Shown one piece after another: positions 22,410 through 32,000 of a stretch of DNA of 32,000 nt (position 1 is the stretch's first letter; the number at the start of each line of letters is the position of its first letter). The notes under the pieces are model-generated. The model had not been told where the DNA came from and did no database searches. It saw only the letters and a program-made list of their open reading frames with translations. The DNA is from Wallemia ichthyophaga EXF-994 (Eukaryota > Fungi > Basidiomycota). Both the position numbers and the translations under genes were made by a program. The DNA lies in assembly GCF_000400465.1 (NCBI RefSeq), contig NW_008806279.1:416107-448106 (forward strand). Reading direction: 5' to 3'.

Positions 22410-22441
22410 TATAAACGTTTAAGGGGACTATAAAGGGGACT
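22410..22441 (+). promoter_or_regulatory. Putative promoter of the micro-peptide gene: two TATAAA and two AAGGGGACT (STRE-like AGGGG)
   Basis: tataaa 22410-22415 and 22429-22434; aaggggact 22421-22429 and 22433-22441; located 45-75 bp upstream of ATG 22487. Confidence 0.35.
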
Positions 22442-22486
22442 GGTGTGTGGACTACAGCTTGCACACACAACACACACAACACAATC

Positions 22487-22665
22487 ATGCACATCTATCT
22501 GTCCAACTTGCTCTTCCTCTTGGTTGCAGCATCTGCAGCAGCAGCACCAGTAAGTAGACTGAAGCGAGTTCATCATCGGGACACCCCCACTCACACACAC
22601 AGACTCGACGCGACGAAATCAAGCCGCAAGTGCCGCAGAATTCATCCGATCTGTTCAATTTGTAG
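22487..22665 (+). CDS. Small secreted peptide precursor (41 aa), 2 exons
   Basis: Exon 1 22487-22549 MHIYLSNLLFLLVAASAAAAP; intron 22550-22602 (GTAAGT...CTCAC...ACAG, 53 nt, phase 0); exon 2 22603-22665 TRRDEIKPQVPQNSSDLFNL*. Confidence 0.65.
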
Positions 22666-22676
22666 TATAAAGCAAC

Positions 22677-24049
22677 TCATTTGACTCTATCCAATACTTT
22701 CAAACAAAGCGCTTCTAATCCGTCCCTGGCGTCTGATTTGGGTAGCCTATGCAGCGCACTTTTAGCCTTATCTATATAACTAGCAGCCAATTCAGCTGTT
22801 TTTGGCATCCCGTTTGATTTTGCAACTAGCGCTTTAGCCTGTAAGAGAAGAGGTTATGTGAGTATCAGTCTGAGTCTGTGAGCTTTAAACCGCCCAATCC
22901 AAAACTCACATTTTGCACATCACCGGGATGTTTGAATTTCCGTTTGATCATGGTCCCCATCTCGTCGCCGAGTTCGCGCCATGCGAAAAGCGCAGGTGCA
23001 GTGGCCAATCCGAGCTGCATATCTGCACCTTCACCAGGCTTGCCTAAGTCAGCGGAGGGGGTGTAATCGAGAAGATCGTCGACGAGCTGCAGCGGGGTGT
23101 GAGCTAGTCATCGCAGTGAAGCTGATCAACCCACTTGGAAAGCCATTCCGAGATTCCTGCCGTAATCGTAAGCAGCGTCTTTGAGATACTCGCCCTGTGC
23201 CCAATTCTCATTCACACCCACACCGCCCAGACACACGGCAGCTCTTGCTGAGTGGCTGATAAGACTCGCTGTCTTAAGGTAAGTTTTGGCGAGGTATCTC
23301 TGGAAAGCCTCATCTACAACGGTATTTAGGTCGTTGGAACTCGACTGATACGTCTCGTTGAGCTGCTCTACCTCGCCTTGTACGAGATTCGCAATAGTCG
23401 CTCCGACCAACTCGGCCACTTCGAGACTGCGCAAGCGTGCGAGCATAATACTAGCACGTCCAAGAAGGAAGTCACCTGCAAATATAGTCAACTTGTTGCC
23501 GAAATGCACAGGTGCAGATGGAGCGCCTCTGCGAGTGTCTGCATCATCGACTACATCGTCATGCAGTAGACTGGCTACGTGGATCATCTCAACTATCTCC
23601 GCAAGCCGCCTCTGCGTAGGAAGTACACCATCTTGGCCGCGCTGGGAAATGTCGTTGTGGAAAGAGGGGTTGGTGTCGTGTAGGATGGATTGCGGGGCTA
23701 GTGGATCGTTGACGAGAACGTTTATAAGATGTTTAGGGGTGTTGTAGTGTGGTGACAGGTTCGCAGTTGCTTGCGCCATTAGCAGTACAATCGTCGGACG
23801 GAGATGCTTGCCGGGTGCTTCAAAGTAATATTTGGATAAAGTGTCTAGCTGACGGAGATTGCTGCCGAGATTCATTTTTATGTTGGTCGTTAAACCTTTC
23901 AGTTCCTTCCCCACTAGAGTGAATGGATCGACCGTTATGGGCGAGCTGGCTTTGTGTGCGGCGGCTGCTCGTGCTAGAGACGCAGCGGTGGTCCATGAGT
24001 ATCCGCGTGGTGTACTAACTGCTATAGAAGCAGCCCTTCTGTTTATCAT
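22677..24049 (-). CDS. COQ1: Mitochondrial trans-polyprenyl (hexaprenyl-type) diphosphate synthase, 3 exons
   Basis: Mitochondrial-style presequence MINRRAAS..., GKHLRPTIVLLM, EMIHVASLLHDDVVDDADTRRG (FARM), GNKLTIFAGDFLLGRAS, KTYLKTASL, GRNLGMAFQ|LIDDLLD (SARM), GLATAPAL, ending LDRVK* (TGA 22677-22679). Confidence 0.95.
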
Positions 24050-24139
24050 GGATGTACGTGGAGAAGGAAGGCAATGGCCGTGTACGTGTATAAACAACGT
24101 ATCGATTCGAATTAAATAACAAAATGATGGAAATGCTCT

Positions 24140-25361
24140 TTAGAAGATGGTGGGTACAGCTCTCCTCTCCTGTGGAGCTGACTGGGCTATACACTCAGAC
24201 AGCCAAACGATATTCCTCACTTCCTGCTCCTTAAGTTTGAAATAGCTGTAGAATGGTGCGTAATTGAATTGCTGGAGGAATGTTTCCTTGTTAAGAAGGA
24301 CATCATGAGCAAAAAATCTATCTTCGAGCGAGTTATTGTGATCGCTGTCCGTGTTATTCGACGAGAATCCATCAAACATGTGGTAATACTCCGGAATAAA
24401 CTCACAAGCTGCTCTGACTTGATCAAAATCTTCAGCTCTAGCTAGTGCATAGGTGCCTGCAGGGTATAATCTACCAAATTGAGGATATAAAGAGTTGCGC
24501 ATTTCCTTTGTCAACTCTGTATTAAAGCTGTTGAGCGTGATGTTTATTGATCTCCTGTCAGCTTCAAATGAGAGTAATTTAGCCATAATAGACGCAGTCG
24601 GATCACCTAATGATTGAGAAAAGTCGTAAAAGTCTTCCAAATACGCTTTGTAGACTGAATTTCTTATAATTTCGATATTCAAGTCATCCAAATCAGATGC
24701 ACTTAGGCAGCTTCTGAAGTACGGAGCTAGAGGGGTTTCAACGAGTACAGATTGATAAAGCTCTTCTACATTGGTTGCTACGCAGAGAGCGGACATAGCG
24801 TCGAATTTGCCGAGTGGGTGACACCTATCGAGAAGTTCGTGGGTGTCTCGTTCATGTAAAGTGCCAGTGATAAGGAGAATAACGTTATCGATCATGTAAG
24901 AGTAAGTCATGTAGTCTAAAAAAGTGGATAGAGGCTCAGATGCGTTTGATTTGACGTAATTGAACTCATCGACGAGCGTTTGAGATGATTTCTGTGATAT
25001 TGTGGAAGTGGACTGGGAATGTTAGCGGATACTTTTGAGCTGGATTGAACCCACCAATGGAAGCGTTTCATTGGATAGAAAGTTGCCATAATCTGTGGCA
25101 CTCAATTGCATTCTCAAGTCTACGCGTGAGCTGGATAAGCTGTGGCCACGACGAAAGCAAACTCAACTCACCCTCCAAGTTATCGCACTGCTGTAAGTTT
25201 GAGTAGTTCGATTGAGTGAGTAGTCCCGCCTTATATCCCCTGATAATTCCCTCCAAATATCCATTCTGAACCTGATGATTCTATCAGCTACTACTGCTAC
25301 TGCTATTCCTCTTATCCACACGCACATTAAAGAATAACATTTCACTGCCTAATACGCTCAT
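24140..25361 (-). CDS. VMA6: V-type ATPase V0 subunit d, multi-exon
   Basis: [12 protein letters not shown]|[33 protein letters not shown]..., [84 protein letters not shown]. Confidence 0.97.
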
Positions 25362-25480
25362 TTTTAATTTTTATATTTCAATTGATCTTGGTTGTTTGAG
25401 TTGAAGGTGGTGAGATATCGGTTGATCCTCTACCATCATCATCAATCGACGCACAACGCACAACCCACAAATCACTAGAG

Positions 25481-28400
25481 ATGGACGATAATTTGTACGA
25501 CGAATTTGGTAATTACCTGGGAGATGACCTCGATTCTGATGAGGACGATGAGGATCAAGAGATGGTCCGCTCACAGCCAGCCCAGCCAGCCCACGCTCCT
25601 TTAGAAGGCTACGACGATGACGAGGATGACGACCCCGAAATCGCCGCTCAAAACGATCTTCGCATCTCCACTGTAGCCCAAGTTGACGGTGAGATTCCCA
25701 TCTCTCTTTCATCTACCTATCTCATCCACTCACTCAGCCAACCCACAAAACCAAGTAGTCTTGCACGAAGACAAGCGCTATTATCCTTCTGCTGAGGAGA
25801 CTTACGGGCCAGACGTTGAAACCCGCGTCGAAGAAGAAGACACTCAGCTCATCTCGGAGCCAATCGTCCAGCCAATCAAAGAGAGAAAGTTCCAAATCGT
25901 GGAGAAAGATCTCCCTGAAACCCGTTTTGATAGAAATTTCATGGTCGACTTAATGTACTACCCAGAAATGGTTAGAAACGTCGTCGTTATCGGCCACCTC
26001 CACCACGGCAAGACATCACTCTTAGATCTCCTCACTTTCCAAACTCACAAACTCATTTGGAATGCAGATGCCCCTGAAAGATACACTGACCTTCATAAAC
26101 TTGAACGCGCAAGAGAAATTTCAATAAAATCTACTCCAATGTCCTTTGTCTTGGAATCCACTATCGGTAAATCTATCCTAGTAAATGCAATCGACACTCC
26201 AGGCCACACGAACTTCGTTGACGAGGTGGCAAATGCTACTAGACTCGCTGATGGTGCGATCGTGGTGGTCGATGTTGTAGAAGGAGTTATGGCAGGCACT
26301 GAACTGTCCTTAAAACATATTCTACAGCAAGGACTCAAGCCTGTCTTAGTACTCAACAAGATGGAACGCCTTTTCTTAGAACTCCGTTTGCCTCCCTCAG
26401 AAGCTTATTTCAAGGTGAAACGCACGATTGAGGAGGTAAACAGTGTTGTTTCAAGCGTCATCCCCGACGAGAGCTCGCGTCTTTCTCCAGAACTCGGCAA
26501 TGTCGCTTTCGCTTCAACAGACATGCACTGGTCTTTCACCCTCCAGTCCTTCTCACAGATGTATGCAGATACCTTTGGTTCATTCGATGTAAACGCATTC
26601 GCTGCTCGCCTCTGGGGCAATATCTTCTTCGATGCTGAGAAGAGGAAATTCGTCAAGAAAGCGCCACAAGGCTCGCCACGCTCATTCGTACACTTTGTCT
26701 TGGAGCCTCTTTATAAGCTTTATACGCAGGTGAGTTGGTGAACAAGCAGTTTAAATTTACTTGACTAACTTTACAGGTGATTGGAGAAGATGTCAGCGAT
26801 CTCGCCAACACTCTAGCCGGACTGGGTATAACACTTAAGCCATCTGCGTACAAAATGGATGCACGCCCATTGCTCAAACTTTGTCTCGACCAATTCTTCG
26901 GTCCATCTACAGGCATCGTCGATATGCTCCTCGAACACATACCGTCAGCAGCGGAAGGGAACGCCACCAAAGTGTACAGACACTTCACAGGACCTCTCGA
27001 CACTCCACTTGCGCAGGGCATGCTCGCTTGCGACAGCAAAGCGCCAGCGGTGATACACGTAACGAAGCTGTATACGACTGTCGATGCGCAAGGGTTCCAC
27101 GCATTCGGCCGTGTGATGTCGGGACGCGCGCGCGTCGGCGATAGCGTCAAAGTGCTCGGTGAGGGATATTCGGTCGAGGATGAGGAGGATATGGCTACAG
27201 CGACGATTGAGGATGTGTGGGTGAGTGAGGCGCGCTACAAAGTTGCTGCACAGGAAATCCCAGCAGGCTCTTGGGTGTTGTTAGGTGGAGTGGACGATTC
27301 GATCGTCAAGACTTCGACAGTGGTATCGAATGCCGTTGCAAGTCCAGACGAACTACACATCTTTAGGCCGATAGCGCATATTACGGAATCTATTCTTAAG
27401 GTCGCTGTCGAGCCGCTCAATCCACCTGAGTTGCCAAGGTTACTCGACGGACTGCGCAGAGTCAACAAGAGCTATCCGCTGCTGACTACTAAAGTGGAAG
27501 AAAGTGGTGAGCATATCATTCTCGGGACGGGTGAGATCTACCTCGATTCAGTTCTTCATGACCTCCGTACCCTCTTTGCAGAGATCGAGATTAAGGTGAG
27601 CGACCCTGTCGTGAAGTTCTGCGAAACTGTCGTCGAAACCTCGGCCATAAAGTGCTATGCCGATACACCCAACAAGAAGAACAAAATCACTATCATCGCT
27701 GAGCCTCTTGAAAAGGGCATTGCGGAGGACATTGAGAAGAGACGTGTGGGGATGTGGATGACCAACAAGGAAAGAGGTAAATTCTTTCAAGATAAGTATG
27801 GTTGGGATGCTCTCGCCAGCAGAAGTATATGGACATTTGGTCCTGAAGAAGATGGTCCGAATGTGTTGATCGACGATACTCTGCCATCGGAGGTGAGCTA
27901 ATTGTCTCGTTTAGAATAACACCCCCACTAATCTAGTTCAGGTCGACAAGGTGTTACTGGGGAATGTGAAAGAATCCATCAAACAGGGATTCCAATGGGC
28001 AGCACGCGAGGGTCCATTAGCAGATGAGCGTAAGTGGGAGTAACATAGCGACCAACATACTTTACTGACAAACTTCAGCACTGCGTGGGGTCAAGTTCCG
28101 CATAATGGATGCACAGGTAGCCGAAGAGCCCATCTACCGTGGTGGAGGGCAAATGATACCTACAGCGCGTCGTGTCTGCTATTCAAGTTTCCTGATGGCG
28201 ACACCGCGGCTGATGGAGCCAGTGTACTATGTCGAGATGCTCACCACCGCCGAGAGTGTTCCACTCGTGTACCAGCTGCTAGCGAAACGTCGCGGACATG
28301 TGACGAAAGATGAACCTAAGGCCGGCTCTCCGCTGTATGTTGTCAAAGCACTCATACCGGTGATGGATGCGAACGGATTCGAGACGGACCTCAGGACCCA

Positions 28401-28650
28401 GTCAGCTGGTACGGCATTCGCGTTGGAAATTTTCGATCATTGGGCTATTGTTCCAGGCGATCCTGTCGATAGCGGCATACAGCTCAGACTGCTCGAACCA
28501 GCTCCTGCTCAACATCTTGCTCGCGACTTCATGCTCAAAGTTAGACGTAGAAAGGGCCTCGGTGATGGTCAGAACCTTATGGCGAAATACCTCGACGATG
28601 ACTTCGTTCTCAATATCGTGGCTGCTGGAAAATCTGACCTGCTGTTTTAA
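25481..28650 (+). CDS. SNU114: U5 snRNP 116-kDa EF2-like GTPase, 5 exons
   Basis: [14 protein letters not shown] acidic N-terminus, [24 protein letters not shown]1 [71 protein letters not shown]. Introns about 25690-25738, 26730-26776, 27893-27941, 28030-28078. Confidence 0.98.
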
Positions 28651-28898
28651 TCTTTCTCACCCCCTTTCAGTCTAACTTACTGACCTAAGTTATTTAAAAG
28701 TAATACATTGCATACACTTCACGCTTTACACTCAATACTTGGCCTTCTCACTTTTCACTCGCTCATACCTTGCTACGTATCTATATCTCTAAGGTATCAA
28801 TTGTCCAGCATTTATCGAAATCTTTTAGTCTTTACAATCATAAATATAGGTCTTAATGAAATTTAATAGTGCTATCTTTTCTCCCGTACAGACACTGA

Positions 28899-29558
28899 TT
28901 AGAAGTGGTCGTGTTGCTCATCGTGGTGCATGTCGTGGTGACCATGGCCATGCTCTTTATCGCCGTGGTGATCGTCGTGGTGGCCGTGGTGACCGTGGTG
29001 TTGTGGCTCACCTCTCTTGTGGTGCTCTTGTTCGCGGTGACCGTGGTGATCGTCGTGGTGACCGTGGTGACCGTGGTGTTGTGGCTCACCTCTCTTGTGG
29101 TGCTCTTGTTCGCGGTGACCGTGGTGATCGTCGTGGTGACCGTGGTGACCGTGGTGTTGTGGCTCACCTCTCTTGTGGTGCTCTTGTTCGCGGTGACCGT
29201 GGTGATCATCGTGCTTTCCGTGCTTATCATCGTGCTTTCCGTGCTTATCGTTCATTTCTTTTCTTTGTTCGTTTAATTTTTCACCCCATTCTTGACGTTT
29301 GTGGTGGTATTCGTGAGGGTATCCGTGGTGTCCGTGGTGCTCTTCGTGACCATATCTTTTGAGGAGGCCATCGCCGTGGTCATTGTCTTGCTTATGTCCT
29401 GAGCCAGCAGAGGCGTCCTTAGTGTTAACGTGATAGTTACCATCCTTGCCGTGTACATTGGTGTCCTTTGTACCAGCGTTGTGGCCAGAGTGGTCACTAA
29501 TTGGTCTAGCAGATGCAGCTGCGATGGTTGCGACTAATGCGAGTGTTTGAAGTTTCAT
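28899..29558 (-). CDS. Secreted His-rich Kex2-processed repeat protein (KEP-like peptide precursor), intronless, 219 aa
   Basis: ATG 29558: signal peptide MKLQTLALVATIAAASA; five KR sites; repeat GEPQHHGHHGHHDDHHGHREQEHH-KR twice plus a variant third copy; no Cys. Confidence 0.85.
   Translation of the reverse strand: MKLQTLALVATIAAASARPISDHSGHNAGTKDTNVHGKDGNYHVNTKDASAGSGHKQDNDHGDGLLKRYGHEEHHGHHGYPHEYHHKRQEWGEKLNEQRKEMNDKHGKHDDKHGKHDDHHGHREQEHHKRGEPQHHGHHGHHDDHHGHREQEHHKRGEPQHHGHHGHHDDHHGHREQEHHKRGEPQHHGHHGHHDDHHGDKEHGHGHHDMHHDEQHDHF
28963..29213. repeat. 78-bp coding tandem repeat, about 3.2 copies
   Basis: ctcacc recurs at 29007, 29085 and 29163 (period 78). Only two mismatches seen across the array (28983, 29208), both at synonymous third positions. 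An adjacent 21-bp duplication lies at 29205-29246 (KHGKHDD x2). Confidence 0.95.
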
Positions 29559-29907
29559 TTCAGTTGTTTGAGTTGTAGGAAAGAGAGGAAGAAGTAAACA
29601 ACGCTTTATATCATTCATGTAGAGAATTGTCCTCATAATTCATCGGCCATTCCTAACTTATCTGCAGCGAGAATGTGATCACAGATGAAATGGAGAATGA
29701 AGTTACGTTACACGTTCCAATTTGGCCGTGTATCTGGAAGAAATCACGCGTTGCTCGCGCTGTAAGCGTCAAACTTTATAAAATTTCCAGAACAACTCAA
29801 TTTAGAGTTGACTCAAGTGATCGTCTGCTATCGTTGCAACATCCAACACGTAAACGTAAATGGTAAGCGTGGAGGGGAGTATATTGAGGAATTTCGCTTA
29901 AAGACAC

Positions 29908-31878
29908 ATGCAGAGCAATAAGGCTATTGATCCTGAAAAGTTATTCGCGTTGGAGGAACGCGTCGGTAAAGGATCATTTGGTGAAGTCTACAAGGGGTGA
30001 GTGGGGATCGCTTGTATCGCATCATCACACCCAACAATCGCTACAGGTACGATAAGCGCAATAACTCTCAAGTCGCTGTTAAGATAATAGACTTGGAATC
30101 CGCCGAGGATGAAATAGAGGACATACAAGAGGAAATAAACATATTATCACAAATGGACTCTAAATTCGTTACAAAGTATGTCGGATTGTTGTTTTGTTCC
30201 TTCTAACACGCGCAGATACCACGGCTCATACTTGAAGAAGACTCACTTATGGATTATCATGGAATTCTGCTCAGGTGGCAGCTGCTCTGAGCTCATGAAG
30301 CCCGGCTTGATTAAAGAGGAGTTTATTGCTATCCTTATACGTGAATTACTTTGTGGTTTACTTTACTTGCACAATCAAGGTAAACTACACAGGGACATCA
30401 AAGCAGCAAATGTTCTTTTAAACTCATCTGGCGATGTAAAGCTGGCTGACTTTGGTGTAAGTGGTCAACTCACCTCCACAATGACAAAGAAGAATACCTT
30501 CGTTGGTACTCCTTATTGGATGAGCCCTGAAGTTATCAAACAATCTGGCTACGATCACAAAGCTGATATCTGGTCTTTGGGTATCACTGCTATCGAATTA
30601 GCTCAAGGTACTCCCCCATATGCTGATCTACACCCTATGAAAGTTCTCTTCTTGATACCCAAAAACAGCCCTCCTTCTTTGGACGGCAATTACTCTAAAC
30701 TGTTCAAGGAATTTGTCAGCTTATGTCTACAAAGAGACCCCAAAATGAGACCAAGTGCGCGAGAATTGCTTAAGCACAAGTTCATAAAAGGCGCTAAAAA
30801 GACTTCTCATCTAACAGAGCTGATTGAGCGTTTAGATAGATTCAAAATGGCAGGTGGTCTCTCGAAGTCTGCGAATAAGGGTGATATGCTCGTCGATCAA
30901 AATACTCTAGGTGGACAATCTGAGGACTTGTGGGATTTTGGTACTATTCAGGGTACACAGAGAGGGGGATTTGCACCACAATCCATACGCAATCAACCAG
31001 TTCCACCGCTGCCAACAGACATACCACCTCCAACTCAACAGAATATGCAAGCGTATAATCAGGCTTATGCTCCACAAATACACCATAAAGACTACGCTAG
31101 AACAGCACAAACAAATGAAAAGGAGACCAAACTTAACGAAAACGACATGCTTCGGTCTACATCTCGTATGACAATCGAGGATGGAGTGACAAACCGCTCC
31201 TACAGATCAGGCAGTACTCTGCGGGCAGGTCTCGTGAGAGATAGGGAAATGAAGCAGAGCAAGGAGCGTGATCCACTGCATAATCTCAGCAACAAGCCAT
31301 CGCCATCACCATCACCCACCAAATCCACAATGGGATACGTGGATACGCTTAAAGGTGGTAAGGCTGCTGCTGGTGGTGGTAGGTCAAGCACAGCTTCTAC
31401 TTATAGAGATCTGCCACCGATTCCCAAAGATGTAAAATCTCCAGCCCAAAACAGCATACTTAACACGCCTGACTCATTTATAGGCTCACATAGGAGTGAA
31501 TTGTTGCCAACAGCTGCTACATATGACAGTCCAGTTATTTCAGATGGTATTGGTCCTGGCACGGACAGTATGGCGAGTAGACAGCCACCGCCAACACCAT
31601 ATTCATACCAAGATGATCAAAGCATTAATAGGAGCGATAGTGGAATGACATCGGAGAGCACAGTGGAGTATGATGAGCAAATTCTGGAGCAGAGGACAAT
31701 GCTGGACGCAGTTGTACACCCGGTGCTAGACACAATAACGCGCAAGGTAGATACTGTTGACGCGAATATGGCGGTAAATTCACTCAAGAATGCATTTGAT
31801 ACTGCCGAGGGATTGATACCTGGACTGACGAATTATTTTATATCTGAAGTGGTTGAGTCCGTCGAGAGGGATGAATGA
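29908..31878 (+). CDS. Ste20-family GCK-III Ser/Thr kinase (STK24/25/MST3-like; Kic1/Sid1 group), 3 exons
   Basis: [30 protein letters not shown]|YD...[35 protein letters not shown]|YHGSYL..., [57 protein letters not shown]-terminal helical tail ([24 protein letters not shown]) resembles the PDCD10/GCKIII dimerisation region. Confidence 0.93.
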
Positions 31879-32000
31879 ATATCAAACAATGAAACACGTA
31901 GTGTCTTGTATAATTATGTCTTAGAAAATAAAATGATTTTTATTTAACTGGAATCTGACCTTCCTTTTTGGGTGGAATGGATTTAGCATTTGCGTCGATA

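Noticed and set aside
22677-24049. Prenyltransferase as a secondary-metabolite terpene gene
   Set aside because: The mitochondrial presequence and motif spacing fit Coq1 of ubiquinone biosynthesis, and its neighbours are housekeeping genes.
10411-28650. Functional clustering of splicing genes (YJU2B, SNU114) or trafficking genes (TRS65, ATG14, VMA6)
   Set aside because: They are separated by unrelated genes, and such co-occurrence is expected by chance in a genome made mostly of core genes.
28963-29213. CRISPR-like or mobile-element repeat
   Set aside because: The repeats are contiguous with no unique spacers, are in-frame coding in a eukaryotic gene, and have no transposase or TIR/LTR signatures.
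28853-29362. Three overlapping ORFs (28853-29230 minus, 28856-29362 +, 28905-29276 +) encoding Thr-rich, RGD-rich or Val-rich repeats
   Set aside because: These are shadow frames of the stop-poor His-codon repeat. Only the 28899-29558 frame has a signal peptide and KR sites, and the repeat mismatches are synonymous in that frame. The RGD repeats and the hydrophobic Val 'membrane protein' are artefacts.
29559-29636. Upstream ATG 29636 extending the His-rich ORF
   Set aside because: The extension (MRTILYMNDIKR...) precedes a clear signal peptide starting at ATG 29558, so it is most likely 5' UTR.

Overview
Gene-dense eukaryotic (fungal) DNA with short GT-AG introns of about 42-60 nt and intergenic gaps often under 200 bp. 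The style fits a compact basidiomycete genome such as Wallemia; this is inference from intron size, gene density and protein style, not a database match. Manual splicing supports about 20 protein-coding genes. Most are conserved housekeeping genes: a Zn2Cys6 TF truncated at the window edge, NAA50, a TMEM97/EXPERA protein, a BVMO/FMO-type flavin monooxygenase, SVF1, an F-box/LRR-like protein, YJU2B/CCDC130, a fasciclin, TRS65, an SDR, phocein/MOB4, ATG14, SER3, COQ1, VMA6, SNU114 and a GCK-III Ste20 kinase. No rRNA, tRNA, transposon or CRISPR is evident. The strongest novelty candidates are secreted-peptide genes. (1) An intronless His-rich precursor (28899-29558, minus) with a signal peptide, five KR sites and near-perfect 78-bp repeats; Kex2 cleavage would release 24-aa peptides that are 11/24 His, plus an N-terminal Tyr-Gly-His (ATCUN-type) peptide. 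(2) A spliced 41-codon secreted micro-peptide gene (22487-22665) that the ORF track does not show in spliced form. (3) An Asn/Asp-rich secreted Cys-domain protein. The monooxygenase also has altered fingerprint motifs, and about 1.6 kb (11400-13130) carries splice signals but could not be resolved into a gene.
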